From positions 61,380,001 to 61,444,000 of the forward strand of contig OZ024743.1 in assembly GCA_964016885.1 (NCBI GenBank): a stretch of 64,000 nucleotides of DNA, in the 5' to 3' direction. This document shows positions 52,686 to 64,000 of the stretch, one piece after another; position 1 is the first letter of the stretch, and each line of letters opens with the position of its first letter. Source of the DNA: Eledone cirrhosa. Its lineage: Eukaryota. The notes below the pieces were generated by a model that saw nothing but the letters and a program-made list of their open reading frames with translations, ran no database searches and was not told where the DNA came from. Both the position numbers and the translations under genes were made by a program.

Positions 52686-52756
52686 GGTAAATAGAAATAA
52701 CAACACAATCGGTACAGTATATGGAAGGAATATATTATATATATATATATATATAT

Positions 52757-52787
<31 letters not shown>

Positions 52788-53750
52788 CAATCTATTTTTT
52801 CTTCGGTATAGAGCAAGTAAGCTATGTAGGTACTTAGCACTACCGCACAATTAAGAAATAAAATAAAAAAAGATATGCAAATAGAAAAAGAGTTTTTAAA
52901 ATCTGGGTAGTCCAACGAGAGGCGAAGGGACCATAAATCAGATTTTAAAATGTGAAAAGCAAGGACAGCTATAAAGCCGCTGAAAGTTTCTGTGTTGAAT
53001 CTTTTTGTAGCTGCCATTCTCAGGCTAGAAGTTTCTGCATTGGAACAAAGAGTGTCACAGAGTTTCTGGGCAATCACCACACAAGGACATAGTCGTGTTG
53101 CTGTTATATTACCGGATTCCTTAATTTAAGTAGTTTCGTGTTATATTCTTATTGCTCTAACGTATTGAATTACATCGTTCTGTAAAAGTCAATAATAATA
53201 AAAAAAATTTACGTGCTCATTCATCCTTCTGAAAAGAACAACCAGCACTGACACAATGTATCAGACCTGCCAAACTCTAAAAATCCAAACGGGGAGTACC
53301 ATGAAAAAGAAATGAGGCAAAATGGGAAGATTTTATATAATGAAAGCTATACCCATTTTCACAAGAGAAGACATCTTTCACTCACCCCAAATGCTATTGC
53401 AAATCTCCCCGTCAGACGGAGAGTGTTGACAGGTCTGTTGTATAATATATACCTAGGTAATCAAAACGATGGTACTGACATGAATCAAACTTCTTTTATC
53501 ATATAACGTTTCCCCCTTATAAACCAATTAGAAACAAATATGATTCATGCGGTTGATGCCAATTGCAAACCTCTATACGAAACAAAAGTGTCAGAAAGAT
53601 GTCCGAAGTCTGCTATAGATGCTTGCAGTGAATGCATCTCAGCTGAAAGCAACGACGGAGCGGGAGGTGGTGTTATACTGGGCAACATATTCATGTTACC
53701 ATGCATGTTTAGTTCATGAATTGCTGATACAGTTGTCAGGGTCGTGGTCA

Positions 53751-53783
<33 letters not shown>

Positions 53784-54265
53784 AAAAAGAGTGAGAGAGT
53801 ATAAGAATGTTTTGTGCAGTTTTTTTCTTTCTTTGCCAGCATTCTATGGATTTCTTACTGGAATTTGAATCTTAGTACTTGACTGTTAGACTCTTATGTC
53901 ATACGTCATGTGCTTATAGAGTGTGTATGCTATTTCTGTAGTTGTACTTGGCATTGGTTTTAGCACTGCATTACGATATACATATCATGTCCATAGTTAA
54001 ATCTCTATTTTGTGAGAATTTTGTGTAATACACCTATTAATGTTTTTCTATCTAGCTGTCAAAAAAAGCAATAAATGCTTGAAACTTTATAAAATACATA
54101 TTCTTATAATAAAAAAGGCAGCTAAGGTAAGCCAACATTCTTGAGAATGAGACTGTGAAAGCCAAGAAATTAAATGAAAGAAGGTTCTAGCAAAGAATAT
54201 GAAGCTCGAAAATAGTCGTGTCTTTTATAATATTTATCTAAAAGAATACCTGTTGCCAGTGTATG

Positions 54266-54557
<292 letters not shown>

Positions 54558-54574
54558 TATATATATATATATAT

Positions 54575-55712
54575 AAAAATGATATGAAACGAAAGGAGCT
54601 GTGTGGTTACTAAAAACAAGGTTTATGATGGTGGTTAGGACAGAACAAGAGGAGAAAGAAAGAAAGGAGTTTCCTTCGTCAGCTGTAAATGTTTCCCGAT
54701 CCGATGTTTCGGCGCTGAATTACAGGACATCGGTGGAGTTCGGGTGCGCCCGAGGCCTTTTACTACTCAAAAGGCCAGGAGGAAAAGGAGAGAGAAAGAG
54801 AGAAAAAAAGGGGAGAAAAAAGGAGGGAGAAAACGAAAGAGAGGGAAAGGAGGAAGAACAGAGGGGAGAAAAGATGAGGAGAGAGGAAGAAAGGGGGAAG
54901 GGAAAAGGGGGAAAATAGAAAAAGAATTGGAGAAAAAAAGTGAACAGGTCCCATCGTGGGAAGACACAGGTGAAAGAAACATGCAAAATAGTAAAAATAG
55001 GGAAAAATAGGGAAAAATAGGGAAAAATAGGGAAAGTAAGTTGTGGCCCACCTGGGAGTTTTTAACCTGGTGGTCAGCTACAACTCAGAGCTGGTATGAT
55101 CGTGCTGCCTCCCACGTAGACAGGAGAAAGTGAGAGAGAGACACGAGCAACCAAAAGTGAGGAGGAGAAGGGAAAAAGGAGATAATCCAGAAGTGTTTTT
55201 TTTATGACGGTGGTAAAAATGTGCAGCAAAGATTGCGGACAGAGAGGCCACCACGACACGTGTAAACATATCAACAATCAAAACCGAACGGATGGATAGA
55301 GAGAGAGGGAGAGAGAAAAAAACGAGAGTGAGGAGGAGATGGGAAGGGAGAAGGGAGGGCTGATGCGAAAGTGTGGAGGGAACACAGATCGACCAAAGCA
55401 AGTAGGGTTACAGCGGTAAATACAAAAAGTTATGAAACGAAAGGAGCTGTGTTGTTACCAAAAATAAGGTTTAGGGTGTCAGCTGTAAATGTTTCCCGAT
55501 CCGATGGTTCGGCACTGAATTACAGGACATCGGTGGGGTTCGGGTGCGCCCGAGGCCTTTTATTAATCAAAAGGCCAGGAGGAAAAGGAGAGAGAAAGAG
55601 AGAAAAAAAGAGGAGAAAAAAGGAAAGAGAAAACGAAATAGAGGGGGTAAAAAGATGAGGAGAAAGGAAGAAAGGGGGAAGGGAAAAGGGGGAAAATAGA
55701 AAAAGAATAGGA
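54575..55712. mobile_element. Unclassified element with ~280-350-bp direct terminal repeats between (TA)n tracts
   Basis: 54583-54930 is repeated at 55431-55711, with ~50 bp missing from the second copy. Includes a GGCCTTTT/AAAAGGCC hairpin and (GGGAAAAATA)x3. Confidence 0.65.
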
Positions 55713-55890
55713 TATATATATATATATATATATATATACACTATTATAAAGGGAGGAGTGCGGGACAGCGTCAGGTTTATATCTTTTAATCCAGTTAGTA
55801 AAATGAGTTGGATTACTTTAAATTAATAATTGTTTCTACATTTGGCAGAAGGCCAGCAATTACCCAGTGCAGTAATTTGAATTAATAATT

Positions 55891-56075
55891 GTTTCTACTT
55901 TAGGCACAAGGCCAGCAAATACCCAGTACATTACTGGTACTTTATTTTATCGACCCCGTAAGGATGAAAGGCAAAGTTAACCTCGGCGGGATTTAAACTC
56001 AGACTGTAAAGGGACGTAACTATGCTAGAAAGCATGGCATCCGACCCTCTACCGATACTGCCAATTCACCGCCCT
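55891..56075 (-). mobile_element. tRNA-derived SINE, family 1, with TSD
   Basis: Reverse complement of 17380-17575; TTTGAATTAATAAT on both sides; a partial tail duplicate at ~55820-55875. Confidence 0.85.
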
Positions 56076-56311
56076 TTTGAATTAATAATGAATGAATATT
56101 ACATAAATTATGTACTAAATTTCGTAACTCTTGATTAAATATAAATAATTTGATTTCTTATTTCAAATTGACTTCTTTTAAAAGTTTCAAATTTCTACAC
56201 TTCCGGTATATCACGCCACCACCATGACTACATCTACCATATATATAGACAGAGCGAGAAAGAGAGAGTGTGTGATGAGAGAGATACAGATAGATAGAGT
56301 GATTATGTGAC

Positions 56312-56435
<124 letters not shown>

Positions 56436-56959
56436 TGAAAGACGAAGAGATTTGGATTTTTCAACACACTGACGCGTATATGTATGTCTGTGCGCGTGTG
56501 TGTGTGCATATACATACAACTATATGTATGAGTATATAACTATAATCGCGCAAACACAGACAAACTTACAAAAATACACGCGCACGGACATACATTCACA
56601 CTAATACACATACTTTCACACAAACACATACATACATTACACATGCATTTACACAAACACACACATACAGTCATACAGTTATAATAGCAGCGTTCCAGAG
56701 TAAAATGAAGTATAACTTTTTATTTATTTATTAACAACACGGTTTAATTCTTTATTTTTAATATAGTCGTTACAGAACCAAAACACAAACAAATATGACA
56801 TATACAAAGGAAAGGGAAAGGAAAAAAAGAAAGAGAAAAAGTACACAGGCACGTCATGCACACATGTAAGACCACATAGATCAAAAATGCAGGTGAAAAG
56901 GATGGACAAACGAGCCGCTACCAGAGCAAAATACAACAATATAGCGAGGAGCACTGGGA

Positions 56960-57418
56960 AATCTCTCTAATAATATTTGAGGCAAGCCAGCACGCTCGCA
57001 GCGTTACCTAGTGTGATGGCGAGGCTGAGGTGCTCGAACAACTAAGTGCCCTCACGAGCATCAGTTACCTCTGTTTTGCGAGCCGCCAGTGAAGATAAGA
57101 ACCTCGCTGTCAGTAGCCCAACTCCCCCAAACGTCTCGAACACCACAGGCTGGATCATGTAGTTAGCTGACAGAACACGGTATTTTAGGATTTTGTTCCG
57201 TTCAGCTGCGGATGCTGTAGCTCTCGCCCTTACCGCTGCATCCAGGATGTGGGGAGAAGCAAAAGAGTCGCTAACTGTGACGGCCCAGATAAAGCACCTG
57301 CCCCTTGACCAGGAGCACAGAGTAAGACTGTCAAGTCTTTTCCCATCAATTCTGGACAACCCAGACGGTTCCAAAATTGAGGGGATGTTTGCCCTGGCCA
57401 AAGCTCTTAAGTGGTAAT
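56960..57418 (-). pseudogene. CRE-like non-LTR retrotransposon C-terminal RLE fragment
   Basis: LEPSGLSRIDGKRLDSLT..W.RGR..W..TV..AAERNK..KY..PVVFETFG..LSLAITLGNAASVL. Confidence 0.75.
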
Positions 57419-57619
57419 AGGACAGTGTGTTTTGTGCCCGCGCGTGAGTTTATCGACGTTCTTAAATTAGAGACACGTGTGTGTGTGTGTGTCACTGTTT
57501 TTAACTTAGAGACATATATATGTGTGTATCCCTTTCTTTCCTTTTACACACACATACATGCACACAAACACACACACATTGTGAGACGGACGGATGGACA
57601 GAAGTCCCTCAAATTTATA

Positions 57620-58140
57620 TACATGTGAATAGAGTTCTACTGAAGCAGGTAGAGAAGTTCAAGTATCTCGGGGCCGTGTTCGCGAGTGATGGAATGCAGG
57701 AGGCTGAATTAAGTGCAAGAATTGCAAACGCTGATGCAGTAATGCGACAGCCTCAGGATTCAGCAATCAGAAGAAGGGGGTAGGTGTAAAAGCCAAACTA
57801 GCTGTCTTCCAGGTATTCCTGCCAACTCTTACCGAGGATCATGAATCTTGGGTAATGACCAATTGAGAGATTACAACTCCGATACTATGGGCATGTGGTT
57901 AGAATGTCTCAGTAAATAATCGCTAGACAGATTTTACAGGCAAAAACCAACCGGCAAGAGATCCAGAGGTAGACCCTGAGCAAAATAGTTGGATAGCATC
58001 TATGAGCTTGGCTGGTCACGCATTGGGATCCAGCTGGATCAGTTTGAGTTGTTTCCTTCTGACAAACTCGCTGGAAGGAGTGTTTGAAAAGGACTCTTCC
58101 CCCACGACTCTCTCAGAAATAAGTGGGTGTAGAAGAAGAA
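57620..58140 (+). mobile_element. RTE-clade LINE 3' fragment
   Basis: LKQVEKFKYLG..ARI, HESWVM, YYGHVVRM, GKRSRGRP; ends in (GAA)n. Confidence 0.8.
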
Positions 58141-58267
58141 GATATTGTCAATTTACTTTTCAATTTACATATATCTATATGCATATATATTTGCGTATAA
58201 TACCAATATGCACGCTACATATGCTAGCAGAATACCCCATGAAGGGTGGTTTATTCTGGCAGTATAT

Positions 58268-59135
58268 ATAATAAGAACAAAGTGGGGGTGTTACATATGA
58301 GATTTATTGCTCAAGCCGGTTACAAATGTTTCGCAAGCTCGTGGTCTAGGATGGATCCCAGACTAGACTCCTAGTCTGCCTGATCTTCAGACCAATGTTA
58401 ACACAACAAAAATCACATCAAATCTGTGGACGAACCAGCCAGGCACAAACAAGCATATATAATGACCAATCACGGGCCTAGAGACCAACGGACACACGTA
58501 TACCGAGCATTTCAAGAAAATAAGCGTTATAAATAAAACCCAAAACCAAAATAATGGATATAAATAAAGAAATATATCCACGAATATACGATCACACATA
58601 CTCACACACATACACGCATACTTATACATACACACATCCTCACACACACATGCATATACACACACACACACATACATGCATATACACGCACATACATGCA
58701 TATGCATACATCATAAAAACACACACAAAAGGCAAGAGTCTACCCTCAAAATTTCTCCAGAAGTACATTTTGAGGGAGGTGCCTGCGGCATTTGAAGTAA
58801 TATTTTAGGTCCAAAGGGTCAGCGTCAGCTGTAACGTAGTCCGAGGTGGTGGCGTGGTCTAAATGGTAAGCACACCACCGTATCCGTTTGGTACATGTGT
58901 CCGTGTACTGTACCATCCTACACAGGTAAGTGTTGCTATCCAGTATTGGTATGTCTTTAGAAGAAGATGTGAAGGTAAACCGCTCCATGGTACTCAGCTG
59001 TAAGTGGTCTACCTAGGAGGGGGAGCATGATACGTGCAAAAAGGTTCAGTAAGTCCGAAGAAAACTGGTGAGAGTACAAGTCAGTGCTTGATGCAGAGCA
59101 GAGCGTATATAATAAGAACAAAGTGGTGTTACATA
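58268..59135 (-). mobile_element. Internally deleted PLE derivative: terminal direct repeat, ORF N-terminus and hammerhead
   Basis: TAATAAGAACAAAGTGG(GG)GTGTTACATAT at both ends. ORF 58746-58988 (SSKDIPI..Y..KRIRW..YYFK..LP..LEKF) resembles PLE N-termini of the S.KNIP..KRMRW type. HHR at 58316-58395. Confidence 0.65.
58316..58395 (-). ncRNA. Type-I hammerhead with intact core and enlarged stem II
   Basis: TTGGT-CTGAAGA-t-CAGGC[..AGACTAG gagt CTAGTCT..]GCTTG-c-GAAAC-attt-GTA-ACCGG. Confidence 0.75.
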
Positions 59136-59156
59136 TATATATATATATATATATAT

Positions 59157-60050
59157 ACTAGCAGCAGTACCCAGCGTTGCTTGAGTAAGTAAAATAATAT
59201 CTGCTTTCATGAAAAGGTGTTGATCCTAGCGACTGCTTCTCGATGACTCATCTATGGCCACACACAGGCCATGCGGGGGAGGGTGGTGATGACTTCTATC
59301 ACTGATAAACGCGGGTGACTGACGAAGGGGCATGCTGGGGGAGGGAGGTAATGACCTCTAACACTAAGCCAAATTTCTTCACGCTACTTGATTGGAAACC
59401 AAAGAATTCTTAAATACACAAAAGCTCAGACGACGTCAGTGGCCATCGTTTTGCCTTTGAGATGTGCAATGCTAGGTTCTATCGTAGTATAAAAGTTGAA
59501 CCAAATAAATTGATTTATGTGTGAAGTGGAACCGAAGTTTCGAATTTGAACGAAATCGGTTGAAAAATGTGGGAGCTAGAGCCGAAAAGGCGGAAATTTG
59601 AGCGAAAATGTGGTATTTTCGAATATTTAAGCGGCTGCCACGCCGTTCCTGAACAAAAGATCCAAAATGTAAAGCCACTTTAAGACGTGAAATAATCAGA
59701 TCTAGCGTAGTGTAAATGAACAACAAATGCAAAATATAAAGCCATTACAGGATGTGCAATGATAAATTCTATTTTTCTTTAAAATTTGAACGAAATCGGT
59801 GGCAAAATGTGGAAGCCAGAGCCAAAAATCATGTTTTTCGATACATAAAAAAAGGTGACCCCCCTATCGATTTGTAACTGCAGAATGACCCCGGAATAAA
59901 AAAAAAACGATACGCTGATATATAGAAAACACCTCCCGATGAGTAATCTATGAGCCTGTAAAGTTTCATGAAAATCGGTCGTAAGATGTAGGCCCCTATA
60001 GGTAATACACACACACACACACACACACACACTATTTTTTAATACAGATA
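59157..60050 (+). mobile_element. Helentron/HINE (DINE-1/Lep1-like) non-autonomous element
   Basis: Starts TACTAGC..ACCCAGCGTTGCTTGAGT, has repeated AATTTGAACGAAATCGGT and AAAGTTTCATGAAAATCGGT, and ends with a subterminal (CA)n. Confidence 0.6.
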
Positions 60051-60548
60051 TACATATATATAGTTCTGGAACGAAGCTGAAACGAATAGAATAGACATAG
60101 CTTTGGTCGTTTCCTCACTCACTCAATAATTTAATTAAGTCCTAATTATTAAAATTCGATTGAGTATACATTTAAACGTTAATCAGTGAGGAAAACGACT
60201 TGGTGTGGGTAGAAGATATGATTTATCTGTACCGAAGTATCAGCTTCTCTCTTTTCTATATATTTTTCTCCTTTGGCTAAGACCTTGCGCACCGGTCTCT
60301 CCCTTCTTTTTCAGTGGATGCACTTTCGATATTTTTGTTATCTTTATTTGTGTAATTCACCAAAAGCTTAACTTGTCCTGTCTTTGTCCGTACCTATTTT
60401 GTTCCGGCCAAATGTGCACTGGATTGATCAGTAATAACATTAATTAACCGTAACTGTAGTGATTTCCAAAGGTTGACTGACGAGATGCCACTCCTTTTAT
60501 CCATTGTTTTTCCGTTATCTTTGTCCTGTGAATATATATATATATATA

Positions 60549-60732
60549 TAAGGAAGTGTGGTAAGAAACCAGGTGGACCATAAGGCACCGGAGTACTCGA
60601 TACTTAGGGTAGTATAGTGGGTAATAGGAAAAGAGCCAGGATCTCGAGGGCTGAGCTCCGGTCGTTTCGACAGCGTTCGGATCTAGCTGTCGAAACAACC
60701 GGAGCTCAGCCGTTGGGGTCCTGACTCTTTTC
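60549..60732 (-). mobile_element. Family H hairpin element, divergent subfamily
   Basis: Same tail (GTGGTAAG..GGTGGACCATAA..GTACTC.ATACTTAGGGTAGTA.AGTGGGTAATAGGAA) and a hairpin at 60629-60732 with different arm and loop sequence. Confidence 0.85.
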
Positions 60733-60779
60733 ATATATATATATATATAAACATAATTACATCTTCAAGAAGATGCTTC

Positions 60780-61170
60780 ACATTCATTCATCTTTGGTGA
60801 ATATAGCCTTGGCCATGAAGTGTTGATGTCATCAAACGGTGGCCAACGTTCATGGTGTGCTCTGACCCTCAACCGTAACACACTCTAGTCACCAGTGGGG
60901 ACCAAATTACTGCCCGTTTTTGCCTCCTGGCTTCCAGCATATCTCCCCTTTCCTGCTTCAAAGCCAACAAAAGCCCTTTTCTTCTGCCTCATCTAGCGTG
61001 CGAACTGCAGCCTTGTTATTCCTGTCATTCTAATTGCAGTGACCATTATCCATACTGGGAATCCCCTGCAGCCCACCTCGACTGAAAATATCCATACCTG
61101 ACAACCTTTCTCCTTACACTCTTGCACAAATTCTTGATATTGGCACGTTTTCGCTCTTGTGAATTTGTAT
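60780..61170 (-). mobile_element. RLE-type (Hero/NeSL-like) non-LTR 3' fragment
   Basis: YQEFVQEC..GCQVWIFSVEVGCRGF motif, then a 3' UTR ending GATGAATGAATG. Confidence 0.65.
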
Positions 61171-63519
61171 ATGTTCATTTAAATAGCCACCACGAGTCTT
61201 CCGGAATGATTTTTAAAAGTTTCAAGACCTGATCTCAGCCAAATGTAAGCACATCGTATAATGGCGTTGGGTTTATACTCATAAGGTTGTGAGTTCGATT
61301 TCTGGCGGTGCGATGTGGCTTTGAGTAAGAGATTTTATTTCACGATATTCTAGTTCATTTGACAAAAATTAATTGTGCCGGTAATTTAAAGGGCTATACT
61401 TGTCACGCTGAATCTTCCTGAGAACTACGTTAAGGGTGCAGGTATTTGTGGAATCCTCAGCTACTTGCTTATTAATTTCATGAGCAGTGAAAATAAGATA
61501 TTCTAAGAACTGGAACACTCGTTGTCTGAATAAATGGGACACGAAAAAGGTAAGAATAATAGAAGTTTAAGCACACAGGGTAGTTTATTTTGCACATATA
61601 AAGCATTCCTGGAATCTAATTCGATCAACGAATTGCTGACTGGAGCAGGAATAATGTTTTGTTACTAGGCTATATACCCTTTCTTTAGATTTTTGAGTCA
61701 ACACTAGAACCTCTTTGTCCTATTGTTTTCTTTTTATTTTACTCTAGTTTTCACTTATGAATTTCTAATTTGCATTGTACCGGCTTTTCCAAACATTCAT
61801 GATCATTTATCCACAACGTTTCATATAAACTATACTGCTTTACTCGTACAATCGTTTTACTAATATTTTCATATGTCGGTTCAACGACGGCTTAATATGA
61901 AGTGAGTTTGTGTGTAAAATATGCTGCTGCTTATAATAATCTATAATAAATTGATGTCAAAGAAAACTACTAGAGGATAATTTAATGAGCAGCCGTGCGT
62001 CGATACTTTCTTTCAATATTTCTTTTTGTTTTATTTAATGCAATTAAATGTCGATGTGATAAGAAATGTTATAAATATTTATTTAACATTTAATTTGTGG
62101 AGGTCGCGGCTTTTAGCGCTCACTTTTGCCAAAGTGTTAGTAAAACAGTTTAGCAGATGCTTAAACAGATATTTGTAAATCACATTAGAGTAGAAATGGG
62201 AAGACAGAGATCAGAGTCGATGATATCTAAAAGCTGTTCTCAGTGTTAAATATATCTGAAATGTTAGTTTGATAAAAAATACCACAAGACTACAGCTTTG
62301 GAAAAATACAATTAACTTTGATAAACATCTCCCTGGAGAGACCTTTAACCATAGAATAAAAGCTTTCAGCTGCTTTATTGCGTTATCTGTCAGATCATTA
62401 CATGTTTCGGCTGACAAACCAAGTTATATAAGAGAGCTATAGGAACACCATTTACACATACAAACGTAACGTGATATCTACTATTGAATCACTAAAAGCT
62501 ACTTATACAAAACACCCAGAAAACTGACCGACGAAATATGATTCATATATATGTGCTTGTTATATTTCTTTTTTAGCTATTTGAATTCTTCTTATGAATA
62601 AGTAGCAGCATTCTCACAAAGAAGGAAAGTTACATTGCTAGAAATTGGCTGACAACGGTAAAGAATTCCATGTTGAACTTTAGGAAAGTCTTAGATATTT
62701 TTATTGTTCCGTTTATTTCTACAGTGTATGTAAGAGTCACTGATGAATTTGTTACAATATTATTTCCAGATTTTAATCATCAGTGACGCATTATAGTTAA
62801 AATCTTACACTATTAAACTATCCATACGGATGTCGAATAAACTTAAGATATCTGATTTTTCAAATATATTTAACCAGACCGAATATTTCGAATAGAAGAG
62901 AATATTTCTAGTGTGCATAATGATATATATGTTAATATAGTTTATATCGTCTTCATCATTAATGTTAATAAGGCGACAGTATTAGCAGTATCAAACAACA
63001 TGCTTTGTGGCATAGTCACGGCCCTTTGCGTTCTGAGTTCAAATACCGTCAAGGTTAACTTTGTTTTTCAGCCTTACGGGGTCGATAAAGTAGTGCGTTC
63101 GATTTATTCGACTTTCCCCTCGCCTCAAATAGTTGAATCTCTACCTAAATCAGAAACTATTATTAATGTTGTTAAAAGGACTAATGACTGTATTACTAAT
63201 ATTTCTTATGCATATGTCTTCATAAACTTATGCATATATATTTGTGGTGAATTGGTTGAATCGTTAGAGTGTTGGATCAAATGCTTCTGTAAACTTATGT
63301 ATGATAAAATATTGTATATGCTTTCACATACGCTTCTATTCGAAATCAGGCTGTGTTAGTGCTACTGATAATTATTTATTTGGTTCAACCTGGCGATAAG
63401 TTTCTTTTCCTTTTTTTATTCAGAGCAATAGATAAGAAGTATTTCTGTATTACTGAATCTCGGACTCAGAATCCGTATTGCAAATTTACCAGATGACAAT
63501 TTTGTATATTTATTTCTCC

Positions 63520-63730
63520 TAAGGTTGGCTATGTGCTACGTATGTCAACGAACAGATCGGTAAGAGCCTTCTTCGAATGGAAGCCAGAAATGGGGAGGGA
63601 ATTAGAGGGAATGCAAACTTGTCAAGACTTGGTTGAAATCTGTGGAAAAAGACCTGATAGACATAGGTCTGGCCTAGGAGCAGGCTCGTGATATGGCTTG
63701 CGACAATGTGAAATGCAGATCTCTCATCAC
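63520..63730 (+). mobile_element. Decayed RTE-like LINE 3' fragment
   Basis: Broken W.xHV.RM / G..RG / KTWLKSVEKDL motifs. Confidence 0.45.
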
Positions 63731-63878
63731 TCAATACTCAATACGGAGCAAAAACAAGTTAAAAGCGAAGATCTCTCCCACAAAAAGTTTTTGTTTTGCA
63801 TCATCTGTTCCACCATCAAATTACGACCTAACATAATAATGTTTTTTTTGTTTATTTTTAACAGCAATCTTTATCAGA

Positions 63879-63918
<40 letters not shown>

Positions 63919-64000
63919 TGTTGTTGGTGGTGGTGTTGTTGTTGTTGTTGTTGTTGTTGCTGCTGTTGCTGCTGTTGATGTTGTTGTTGTTGTTGTTGTT
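63879..64000. repeat. (GTA)n-(GTT)n compound microsatellite
   Basis: Direct reading. The window also contains dozens of (TA)n, (CA)n, (CT)n, (TATG)n and (GATA)n tracts not listed one by one. Confidence 0.95.

Noticed and set aside
62380-62430. Minus-strand GCC-GAAAC-AT-GTA palindromic motif
   Set aside because: No CUGANGA upstream

Overview
AT-rich animal genomic DNA, packed with microsatellites and transposon debris. The SINE types and composition suggest a cephalopod such as Octopus (inference). I can support no host protein-coding gene, and most ORFs in the track are translations of (TA)n/(CA)n/(TATG)n. The window holds two young 5'-truncated Penelope-like elements (PLEs; RT + GIY-YIG) with inverted 3'-end copies, several PLE fragments, a full-length decayed Buster-type hAT transposon, RLE-type, Tx1, RTE and CR1-like LINE fragments, a Chapaev3-like fragment, Helentron-like elements, two tRNA-SINE families, and a probable false duplication across a 200-N gap. 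The most striking signal is non-coding: about a dozen type-I hammerhead ribozyme (HHR) motifs from several unrelated families. Many lie in short non-coding inserts in or beside (TA)n that form head-to-head palindromes with the ribozyme reading outward on both arms. One dispersed hairpin family keeps only the 3' half of a hammerhead (GAAA, stem III, GUC). All structures were paired by eye and ribozyme activity is untested.
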